In this document: positions 10,174 through 21,725 of the stretch, piece after piece
Layout of the letters: every line of letters begins with the position of its first letter
Numbering within the stretch: position 1 is the first letter of the stretch
Assembly (NCBI GenBank): GCA_965644295.1
Contig: CBFFRP010000321.1
Location: 1 to 24,807, forward strand
Length of the DNA stretch: 24,807 bases
DNA from: Paraphysomonas bandaiensis
Lineage: Eukaryota > Protista > Chrysophyceae
Direction: 5' to 3'
Notes under the pieces: generated by a model
Told to the model about the DNA's origin: nothing
The model's input: the letters and a program-made list of their open reading frames with translations, nothing else
Database searches by the model: none
Position numbers and translations under genes: made by a program

Positions 10174-13100
10174 TTACTTGGGCGCTCTTTTGTACGTAAC
10201 AAGGTAAGCAGGATAGCTTTGATGCAGTTCGTAAACAATAAGCCCTTGAATAGACCCATCAATCGGACCACGCACAGACTGGTAACCCGCTGAAGGGGTT
10301 TTTATGCTGCTATCTTTGGTATCCTTCTGCTCAATACAACCCTGGGCGACATATGCCAGAAAAATCTGTCTTTCGTCTGAGTTCTGGAATTCATACGAGT
10401 AGCGATTTGCGTAACCAGTATCGTCAGTAAAGTACGATCCTCTACCATAATAATTTTTGTCACCAGACCAACGAATATCAAAACCATATGTGTTTGTCCT
10501 CGAACCACTATTCCAGACAGTTTCCGGATGTGTATTACGTGTTCCATGCTTCAGAAGAATCTCATTCGCATTGCCTCCGTTTTTACGAGCAACCTCTTTG
10601 CGCTTCGTGTCGTAAAGACGGTAGAGCTCTACGTTTTGCACACGTTCAATGCGTACTATGTCTGCCTTAAAATTGTCATTTCCAAAGCATTTAGCAGCCT
10701 CGATGTACTCGCTGCTAATTGGCTCTAGCTCTTTGAGTGAAGGGTCAGGGAAGCAATCGTCATCAGATAACTCATACCCCCAGGTATCAGGTAGAGAAAT
10801 GGCACGGCTGTCATTGTAGACTTTATTCCTCTCATATTCAAGCACTTTTGTCTGCGCCCGGAGCACTACAACTTCCCCTAAACCTTCAATAACAACATTC
10901 CAGTCGGCATCATTGCTGGAGCTGATCACGACATTCATTTCTCTGCTTAGTTCCTGGAGTTCATGAAGTGCGGTTTCGAATTGAATATTGGAAGTTCGTA
11001 GAAGACGTAATTCAACAGTGTTGGAAGTTTTGTTTTCCAAAATGAAACTATCGAGAGCAATCATGGTTTTCTTTATCGCATCAGAGGTACCTATTTACAC
11101 AAAATATATTTACATCCAATCACGACAATAAATGACAAAATAATTTACCGAATATTGCCACGCCGTTCTTTCTTTGTAAGGAGTTTAGAGTCTGTATCCC
11201 ATCTCGACCTTTTACAAAAGCACCAGTTCTTAAGTTCGTAGGTATAACCCTCTCAACGATGTCAGATCTAACGCGTATTTGCTCTTTACACCGCTCATTG
11301 TACATCGGAATATTCTTAGGATCGATTACAGGTCTGCGGAAAATCGGACGTACAGAAAGGTCATTCAAGGGTGGAATCGTTGTTTGTGTTTTTAGTGAGA
11401 AGTCAATTTTGTATTGTTTATTATTTCTTGCTCCGTAGGCATCACCAACCAGAGTAACCGACGAGTCTCCAGCAAGAAATGCTCGCTCCATTTGCATAAC
11501 TTGATCATAATCATAAGGAACAACAACATGCTCAACCAAAGATTCGTCACACACGGTACGAACCGCCCCATCTGGCTGTTCCGAAATCTCATGAGTCCAC
11601 ACTTTCCGGAACCACTGATACTCAGGCACTGAAGGTGGTGGTGGAGGAGGGAATTGTGTAGGGATAGACACCGACGCACCAATGGTGTGATCCTGCAATG
11701 CCTTTAGTGCTGATACGAACGCAGATACCCTGGACTCAATGTTGTCAAAAAGAACTATTTTTTTCAGAGATTTCTGGGCGTCATCAGCCGCTGTTTGGTC
11801 ATGAATGAACTCTCCGATTGCAAGTACGATTTCTGTTGCAGCATCTTCCACCGGCCACTTGAATAAACCCATACCAACACCTGGAATCGCTACGGCCTCC
11901 GCGCCTTTTAACTGAGCTTCACACAAGGCATTCTTCACAGCATTATACAACAAATGGCGTTCGCCTATCCTCACAGAATCGTCAGAAGAAGAAGACCATA
12001 CCGGAGCCACCGTATGTATAATACTCTTGAATCCGTGATCATGCAAACGATACGATTCCGTCGCTGTCGCTCCACCAGCAGGAATATGACTTTTGGAATT
12101 ACACTCCCTAACAAGTTCGGGGCCAGCAGCATCTGATATTGCCTTCGCAATACCACCGTCATGCTGCAATTGTGAGTTGGCGGAGTTGACAATTGTGTCA
12201 CATCCATAAGATGCAGTCTCAATAAAATCACAATGAACTACGTAAACAGATATTGGACCCATCTCGCACTGGCATTTCAACTGCGGATCGCCATAGGTTG
12301 AAATTAAGTCTTCACTGACAAAATCCACCACAGTATCATTTTCGTCGCCTATATGCGTCGCATTTTGCATCAACCAGTTCACCTGATAATCGTGAAAGCA
12401 GTCTACCACTGATAATTCGAGATCAGCTACAATTTTTCGTAATTTCGCCTTCGTTGCCTCAATAGCTGCTGGTATCATTTTTTGAGGACCACGAAGCGTA
12501 AGAATTGTGGAGTTGTTGGAATTTGATTCACTGTGAGCCTGGGGTATCGTTAGAGTCAACGATTTAAAAGTCTCAGACACAAAGTTCTGTAAATGTGCTA
12601 AAGTACATCCCTCACCATCTCGACGAAGATATCTGGCAATTCTATCGCTATGCGGGAATTCCGAACAGTCGATATCGGCAGACTCGGGCTGCTGTCCAGT
12701 CATTTCTTGTTCAATGTAAGCAATTGCTCCCAAAACCGATTCCCTGGCACCATGTAAAATAATATTCTTGGTATCCTTGTCATATTTATAAGACAATTGA
12801 TCAAATTTATTGAGTGCTTTATTGAATCCAGTCGGATTTTCACCCTTTACAGATATTTCACTCCTTGTAAAGCTGTCAATAATATTTCGGGCTGTTTTGA
12901 CAAGGAGCTGCCATTGGTCCTGGCGCTCATGCAGTGCCACAATACAAACCTCTCTCCGTCCTGGGTAGAATTTCGCCAGAGGCATCCGGACTGTTCTAGA
13001 CTACATACGATACAATTAACGACGAAATGAGGATTACATTACTACTCAAACTTACATTAGAAACAGACGTTTTGTCAGTGTTGGATCCAGTATCCAGCGA

Positions 13101-16100
13101 ATACGTACGGTCTTGGTCAGAATCATATGCTCTAAACCAGCTTTCGAAAATTGATTTCAGGTTGTTTTTAAGTGCTTGATAGAGGTCATCGCTCTGTTTT
13201 TCCTTCGGAATTGCAATGGTTTTTTCCAATATTTTCCGACGCCGTTCTCTTAAACGTGTCTCCGCAAGCTCAACCATCTTTTCTAGACCACGTACAGCTA
13301 CGACGCGCTTTTGTTGACGCTGAGATACTTCGAGCTGTAATCCAGGTGCAATATCATTGATCTCACTAATCAAAAAGCACCAGACTGCGTCCATAAAAAA
13401 GTAATTTTCGACAGCAGGGCGGTAGGAGGAAGTGTCTGGAGGACCACCCGGGGCATCGAATACATCTAACTCCCGTTCGCAATGACGAAGTTCGTTAATA
13501 CGATGCATGACTTTTTCCGCCCCCTCCGCATTGCTAGGAGGATAAATCAGTTGAATAGACTCAACTTCACGCGCTTCAGGACTAGGCAGTGATTCACAAA
13601 ATGACACACCATTGGATGACTGTGAATTGAGGAGCCTGTTTCTCCTATCCTCGTCAAGTGCATCTCGAGATAGCACGATATAAGCATGTAGCACTGGTTC
13701 CTTTTGTATGTTAATATTAACAATATGAGTAACGGGGTTGATGCCTAGTTGAACTAGGTGTGAACGCGCAAATTCCTCTATATCATTAGCACTCGCATTT
13801 GGGTGTCGTTGAGGAGACCGATTCGCCGGTACATTCGGTCCTGCTGACCAATGTTTAGGAAGAAGCATGAAAATGGCGTCAGCGCCACACATGTTCTCCT
13901 GCTTACGCCTAGACACATTGCAGTACACTTGATATTGCTTTTTTATTGTTCGCAATTCAGTGTCACCCAAAAGAACTGAGCGTGGCACCGGCACTTTGTC
14001 TCGTAAAATCTGTAGACCTCTTAGAAACTCCTCTACACAACATTTTCCTTTTTTCAGCAGATCATCTGCATCAGTAATTGATTGCTGTGAAGGTTCAACG
14101 TGATAAACCGATAGTCGCAAATACGGTCCCTGAGAATCAGTACACAGCTCCAATACGACATCGGGTGACACCTTAAGCAACATGTCATCAACAATTGGCT
14201 TTGAGAGGTACTTGAGGTGGTTGTAGTGTAGCCAGCTAATAGGCCACATGCACGACCTGGTAGTCTTGTCACTGTTACCTGTGCATTCAAAGTATCCATA
14301 TCCCACGGTGCTATCGTCGGGACACTGGACCCATATCATACTTCCACCAGTGGCAGAACAGAGTGCAGGAGCCCCCCCACTTTCTCTAAATTGGCTTTTG
14401 ACCACATTTTTTTCAGCGCACCGTGGAAAATTCTTATAGAATTCACCTACATGCATCACAATTAGCAGCCAGACTTCAAAGTAAATACGAATAGGAATAC
14501 GACATTAACAAGCGTAATAATAACGTACCCAATCGATTGGCGGGAACCTTTCCCCCCTCTAAGCGTACCCAAAACTCCAGTAGAAAGTGCAAAGCTACAG
14601 AAACTAATCCTCCCTGATTATTAGCCTGGTAGCAAAGAGCTCCATTACTTCTACCACAAAAACTGTCCAAACCTCCATATTTAGTATTAATCGCCCCGAT
14701 TTCTTGTTTATCTTTAAGTAGCTCTTTCATGTAAGCGGGATAGAAACGGCTGGCCTGTCCCCTTACATACATGAAATCGGCAAGAGCAAAAACTAGAGAG
14801 GCATACTCCTTATCATTCTGTGGGTTTCCAAATATTTCCACAGTAGTGTTATTAACTCCAGACGCCATAGGTTTACTGGCACCAAGGATTTCTTGCCACA
14901 CACCTAGAGAGTAGCGAGGACTCACAATGGATTTGAAAACATCAGAACATTCCGCAGGGTCATAAATTAAAATCACAAGTATACCCATCCGTTTCAAATC
15001 GTCTACAACAGAGGAGTAGTCACCATCACTGGCAATGAGGACAGCTGCAGTTTTTTGTTTCGCATCGTCATTCATTTTTTGGTAATCAGCTACAAATGCT
15101 CTCATGTTACGCTCAATGCGCTTATCAACCTCTCCTTTCTTTATACCCGGCACATCGATAAGTACTGCCCCAACAGTGTCCATATCTCGAACGAAAGATT
15201 TCGATGGGTGAAAAACATTATTGCTGTCGCGCCTGATGCAAAAATCCCACTTCCATGACAGATCTCGGTCAAAATCCATAACATTCACTGCTTCCATACT
15301 TCCGAGAAAAGCGCACATGATCTTCTCTAACGTGTATTTAACTAGGACTCTGGCCTTCAGACCTAATCGCCCTTCACACCTACAATTCTCCACATCGTGA
15401 AATATGTGCACAAAGTATGGGGTATTATCCGTATTTGGCGTAGCGATCGCTTGACGCTGCGCTTGAATAGCCTTGATCTTGGATAGCGCATGCTCATAAG
15501 TTGCAAACATGTCACGGACATTGCGAGCTCGTACAGATGATGATTTCCCCTCGTTATCAAACTTATCAAGCTGATCGCGATATTCAGCGAGCCGCTCTTT
15601 CAAACTTTCAACGCTGCTCTCACCCAACTCATCCAATATACGGTCAATATCTCCATCCGATGCGCGTGTAACAACGCCCGCTTGACGCTGCACTTGGATA
15701 GCCTCGATCTTGGATAGCGCATGCTCATAAGTTGCAAACATGTCACGGGCACTGCGAGCTCGTACAGATGATGATTTCCCCTCGTTATCAAACTTATCAA
15801 GCTGATCGCGATATTCAGCGAGCCGCTCTTTCAAACTTTCAACGCTGCTCTCACCCAACTCATCCAATATACGGTCAATATCTCCATCCGATGCGCGTGT
15901 AACAACGCCCGCTTGACGCTGCACTTGGATAGCCTCGATCTTGGATAGCGCATGCTCATAAGTTGCAAACATGTCACGGGCACTGCGAGCTCGTACAGAT
16001 GATGATTTCCCCTCGTTATCAAACTTATCAAGCTGATCGCGATATTCAGCGAGCCGCTCTTTCAAACTTTCAACGCTGCTCTCACCCAACTCATCCAATA

Positions 16101-16551
16101 TACGGTCAATATCTCCATCCGATGCGCGTGTAACAACGCCCGCTTGACGCTGCACTTGGATAGCCTCGATCTTGGATAGCGCATGCTCATAAGTTGCAAA
16201 CATGTCACGGGCACTGCGAGCTCGTACAGATGATGATTTCCCCTCGTTATCAAACTTATTAAGCTGATCGCGATATTCAGCGAGCCGCTCTTGTAAGCTT
16301 TCGACGCTGCTCTCACCCAAGTCGTCCAATATACAGTCAATAACTCCTTCAGAGGGCGTAGATAGAGAATCGCAAGCATCTTTGGCCTTCAGGCATTCGT
16401 CCAAACTCTCTTTGAAGTTGTTAGCTCTCTGTGATGAGCCCAGCCCGCTATCCTCGAGATCTTGCACTTGTCTTCGCAAGGTTTCTATTTCTCTCTCCAG
16501 TTCATCCAGTGAGTCCACACCGATACGATCCAGAATAGCTTGAATCGTCAT
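10174..16551 (-). CDS. ~2060-aa multidomain protein: 77-aa repeats - NYN nuclease - LOTUS-like x2 - RRM/KH-like region - macrodomain - WWE - PARP catalytic (PARP14-like with NYN). Exons 16551-14529, 14446-13056, 13000-11149, 11090-10174
   Basis: Four collinear ORFs join in frame via GT-AG introns 14528-14447 (82 bp), 13055-13001 (55 bp) and 11148-11091 (58 bp); exon total 6183 nt. NYN: IFHDVEN, KKGEVD, VLIASDGDYSSVVDDLKRMG. Macro: IVNSANSQLQHDGGIAKAI, AIPGVGMGLF. WWE: YQWF..., PYDYDQVMQMERAF, YKIDF. PARP: IERVQN, LLKHGT, YGRGSYF, HQSYPAYLVTY. Confidence 0.9.
15449..16342 (-). repeat. Coding tandem repeat, 231-bp (77-aa) unit, ~4 near-identical copies plus a diverged fifth at the N-terminus
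   Basis: CGGTCAATA at 15641, 15872 and 16103, with variant CAGTCAATA at 16334. The N-terminal IQAILDRIGVDSLDEL... resembles IDRILDELGESSVESL. Confidence 0.97.
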
Positions 16552-16737
16552 CGTGCTGCTCTCTTGTGATTAGTAGTGAATATGAATACTGTAGAGTGAA
16601 TCAATGCTCTGCTGGTGGCGTGTGCTGCTGTATATATGTATATGCCGTATATCTGATATGGATATATGGGTATGTGTGGTCCGCTTCCAGGATATTTCCC
16701 GGCACTGGTCAGTGTCAGTACCAAATAAGACCCAGCC

Positions 16738-18526
16738 CACCCTCAGAGGAGTTTTTCTGACCCTTGTCCAATGTCGTCAAAATGTTTTTTTTTGGTGGGA
16801 CCATCAAAGTTCAGAAAAGTGGCTGACTGGACCGCTTTGTCAAAAAACTCCTTCATGGGATACGGCGGTATGGATATGCGATATCTAGTGGCGGAAAAGA
16901 AAACTGTAGGCAGTTTTTTTGAGTCATTTGCCCATTCCAGACACCGTATTCCACACAGTTTCATAGTTTAGGGTCCCCTCCATATGTCAATCATATGCTC
17001 CAACATTGAGACATACCACATAAACACACTGGGTTACCAATAGAACATGCTATTCTGGAGGTGTGGAGTCCAACTTCCGCAAGTTTTGGTGGAAATTTGA
17101 TTGTAAGATTGCAATTGTTATCCTGCATCAAAATTCACAGTTTATGGAGAGCTCCTGAACTCACTGTGAGGTATATAGCAGAGACCAGTTGCTGATAACA
17201 ATGTTGTGATTGCAAAGATGAGATCATGAGTTCTTATTCTGGATTCATTGATAAACGGTCAAGAAATATGCACAGGTCACTGTAGGAGACCTCTCCCTAA
17301 TTGCGCCTTCCTTGTTGCACTTAATGATCCTACATGTCCCCAAATTCAAAGAATCGTATTATTCTTAATATTTGAGTGATATGAAATCATGATATTGACG
17401 TTCATCTCTTATTTTGTTGGAATTATGTTCATTCATTGACTGAGCTCTATATGCGGTATTGACACCCATGGTCCCAAACCCCTTCCAACCACGGGTGTAG
17501 TAGTCCTATTTTGCAGTGAATTTAACCTCAATGACTGTTTATGATACTGTTATAATGGTTTGATTCATGTAAGTATGCTTTGATGAAATATTAAGGCCAT
17601 ATTGGATGAGTTGCTACTTTGCAAAGCAATACAGTTAGCACTTATGTCACTTGTAACGAAATGTCGTATGATATGATATCAACCCTACCCAATCAAATTG
17701 GATGTTTATAGTGAGTTATTATAAATAATTTAACTTCATTTTCTTGTTCAGATTAATATGTCTTTCACTGTTGGACTGGAAATACGATTATATGTAGATA
17801 AATTTTGCGAGTTTATAGAGATATTTATGCGAGTTGTGACCGTATAAAACTGACAGACAACATTTATAGCGACATGTAGAATACGTAACCCCTTTATTAT
17901 TCATCCTTAGATAGTGTGCCTTCATTATATGTGCAACAAGCTTCTGTAATTTACGATTCCAATGACTTCTACTACTGCTACACTGTTACATATCATCTCT
18001 GATAACCTCACCCACAACCTATATATATTGTTGTTATCCTGACCGTTTAGTTGATATTTGTGGTTTAAACACAACCTTCTTGTTCTAATCATCACACTCT
18101 ATACGACACCGACTTAACTAGTCAATTGTATCTCATGATTAATGTTGTTCACATGTTACGTATTTTCCATAATAGCTGGTATTTATAATTGAAAGTGACA
18201 CTCTTGTGACGTTATTGTATCTGCTAGCGTTATTTAATAGTACTCACTTATTTAGTAGGAATCTATTATAGAACCTAGTCTAATTGGTTGAATTACCTTA
18301 TCACACCAAAATTGGTGTAAAAAACCTAGTCATTTAATAATTCGTATTTTCAGTTTACAATGACTAGGTTGACTAGGTGTTTTAGGGTATTCACCTAGTC
18401 AAAAATAAAAAATTTCACTCAAACATGGGAGCATACTCAAGCCATCAATTACTGAAAATACAACCATTGTACACATGCAATACATCACATTTAATCTTGG
18501 CAATCAAACGAGAATTGGGCAGTTTC
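16738..18526 (+). repeat. Repeat R copy 2 (~1.79 kb)
   Basis: Direct copy of 7750-9522, offset 8988 bp at the left end. Confidence 0.95.
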
Positions 18527-18761
18527 TCGTGAACAAGTGCGGTGAAGTTCGACAACCTCCTTCATTTCGTGGGCATCGAACCCAACAATCTTAGGATGGA
18601 AAAATATGTCATCAGGGACATCCAAGAAGCGACACTGCCATCGAAGGAGTTTTTGCTTCTTGTGATTCGGCACTACGCGATAATCCACGCACATACCATT
18701 CACGTACTGGGGACTGAGGATATAATACTTCCCTATATAATAGTTAGTAGTGTACTTATTG

Positions 18762-21454
18762 CAATTGACTTGTTAAGTCGGTGTCGTATAGAGTATGATG
18801 ATTAGAACAAGAAGGTTGTGTTTAAACCACAAATATCAACTAAACGGTCAGGATAACAACAATATATATAGGTTGTGGGTGAGGTTATCAGTGAGACACC
18901 AAGGTCTCTGCTTCAGTCTCTTCCAATCCAAAAGCCAAGCCTATATCTCTAATCTGTTCTTCACTAGCATTGGCAATGGAAGGGTCTAACCCTCCAAGCA
19001 TAAGCCTGAGGGTTCTTCTTACTGACTCAAATTTAGTAGACTCTTGTGCGCTATCAAGAGTCTCCTCCTCCATAATAATAACAATATAATCAAATCACAA
19101 TGAACAAATATATGTCTACAACTACAATGCTATCTACCAGCAATTTCAAGAGTAAGGAAATTGCATCTTATTATCAATAATATAAATATGTCTACCTACG
19201 ATTCCGTGATCAATGGAATGAACATCATCGTATCGGCAGTCAGCATCATAGTTTTCGGAAATGAATTGAAGCAAAATTACTCTCTATTCCTGATGTACAA
19301 CTACAGCGGAAATACAGATAATTATTGTCTCAATAGTAGAGGCATCTTTGAACAAAAATATACAAAGGATGCCGATACGATTCATATTCAATACCAAACA
19401 CATCAGTCAACACAGTTGATCATAATAACTCACCACAACTGTATAAGGGAAGATACATTCAGTATTCTCATTGAAGTTGAAGCCTGATATTCGTACTCCT
19501 CAGTACAATCAATCCCCAATAAGCACTGAAGGAAATACGTAATGTATAACTGTATTACTGGATAATCTGGCAATACACATCTATCAGCGTCCCGGAATTC
19601 TCCAGTAAACTTCTCCAGCCTTAAAGTCAATATATATATATACAATAAGAACATATATATATATCATCCATCATTAGTATCATCATTATGTCTCATTATT
19701 GATAATCATGTCTTTCTTTGTCTTTTGAATGATTATGTACATATCAATGATAAGCATGAATTGTCATAGTCATAACATATCATATATCTTAGTGTGAGTT
19801 ATGGCAATAATAATAATATTCAATCTATGTTTGCACAGATAGTATGTACAAACTTAAGCATATACAATAGAGAGCTTGTAGAATAGAATAACCTGATAAC
19901 TGGTTATTACATCAGAGTTGATATGTAACAGTGTAGCAGTAGTAGAAGTCATTGGAATCGTAAATTACAGAAGCTTGTTGCACATATAATGAAGGCATAC
20001 TATCTAAGGATGAATAATAAAGGGGTTACGTATTCTACATGTCGCTATAAATGTTGTCTGTCAGTTTTATACGGTCACAACTCGCATAAATATCTCTATA
20101 AACTCGCATAATTTATCTACATATAATCGTATTTCCAGACCAACAGTGAAAGACATATTAATCTGAACAAGAAAATGAAGTTAAATTATTTATAATAACT
20201 CACTATAAACATCCAATTTGATTGGGTAGGGTTGATATCATATCATACGACATTTCGTTACAAGTGACATAAGTGCTAACTGTATTGCTTTGCAAAGTAG
20301 CAACTCATCCAATATGGCCTTAATATTTCATCAAAGCATACTTACATGAATCAAACCATTATAACAGTATCATAAACAGTCATTGAGGTTAAATTCACTG
20401 CAAAATAGGACTACTACACCCGTGGTTGGAAGGGGTTTGGGACCATGGGTGTCAATACCGCATATAGAGCTCAGTCAATGAATGAACATAATTCCAACAA
20501 AATAAGAGATGAACGTCAATATCATGATTTCATATCACTCAAATATTAAGAATAATACGATTCTTTGAATTTGGGGACATGTAGGATCATTAAGTGCAAC
20601 AAGGAAGGCGCAATTAGGGAGAGGTCTCCTACAGTGACCTGTGCATATTTCTTGACCGTTTATCAATGAATCCAGAATAAGAACTCATGATCTCATCTTT
20701 GCAATCACAACATTGTTATCAGCAACTGGTCTCTGCTATATACCTCACAGTGAGTTCAGGAGCTCTCCATAAACTGTGAATTTTGATGCAGGATAACAAT
20801 TGCAATCTTACAATCAAATTTCCACCATCACCATGCATAGCGTCTATAGTATGCTCTTGAATGGTCCTAACTCCTGCTCATCTCCTTATCCAGAGCACCA
20901 ACATGAAAATGCAGCTCACAGAGGTATTGGGCTGTGTACATCCATAGTTCTGCACTTAACTTGAGACATTTATGTTCACTTTAATGCTACCTAAGTCTCT
21001 CTCCATTGCCCTTATTGCCTCTACGTCATAGAACAACAGGTGCAGTCGGCTGGCTTCACATGTATTGCAAGTAGAGATACTGGGTAACGTGTTTTGAGTG
21101 TCGTGATATTAATAACTGCCTAGAGTAGCCGCATGTATGCACTTCAGTGTGAATGGCTTGTTGTAATTCCATGACTCGTGGCTAGATCCTTGCACTTCCT
21201 TCGTAAATAATTATCTTGTACTGTTTGCTATCCTTCTTCTGTTGTTGACTCTCTTCTTGTTGTGGGTAACTCTATTTCACTACTACAACTTACTACTATA
21301 TAAACCCCCAGGGTTACATAGGGTCCCCTCCATATGTCAATCATATGCTCCAACATTGAGACATACCACATAAACTATGAAACTGTGTGGAATACGGTGC
21401 CCGGAATGGGCAAATGGCTCAAAAAAACTGCCTACAGTTTTTTCCGCCTCTAGA
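18762..21454 (-). repeat. Repeat R copy 3, inverted and rearranged (pieces 18762-18891, 19912-20827, 21321-21370, 21371-21454)
   Basis: Reverse complement of R. Interrupted by the 18892-19911 insertion and carries ~490 bp (20828-21318) absent from copies 1 and 2. Confidence 0.9.
18892..19911. mobile_element. ~1020-bp insertion, probable solo LTR
   Basis: Splits R copy 3 exactly; TG...CA termini; flanking duplication TCAG (18888-18891 and 19912-19915); the empty site is visible in R copies 1 and 2 (CTGATAACC). Confidence 0.75.
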
Positions 21455-21725
21455 CTTCTAGACTTCGCTCGTTTTTGTGTATGCGGTATGACGTATGGTA
21501 TCGTAGTACAGCAGTAGTACCAGTATGGTATGGTATGGTGTGGTGTGTGCCATGGAGTATCAGGCCAATCCGATGACAGATGACTGACGTGCGGATGGAT
21601 GTGTCGACCAATAGTTGAACTGATAGTTGCTGTTATTCGCACTTCACACTTCACACTTCCTTCTGTTTATTCTGCAGGCACTTTGTATATATGTCACTGT
21701 ATTATCATGCGTGTCCGTCTGTCCA

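Noticed and set aside
7750-18526. R copies as LTRs of one retroelement carrying the PARP gene
   Set aside because: No TG..CA ends, PBS, PPT or TSD, and the enclosed gene keeps its introns.
20521-21200. Decayed ORF (minus strand) within R copy 3
   Set aside because: Looks coding-like but has many stops and no family I can recognise.
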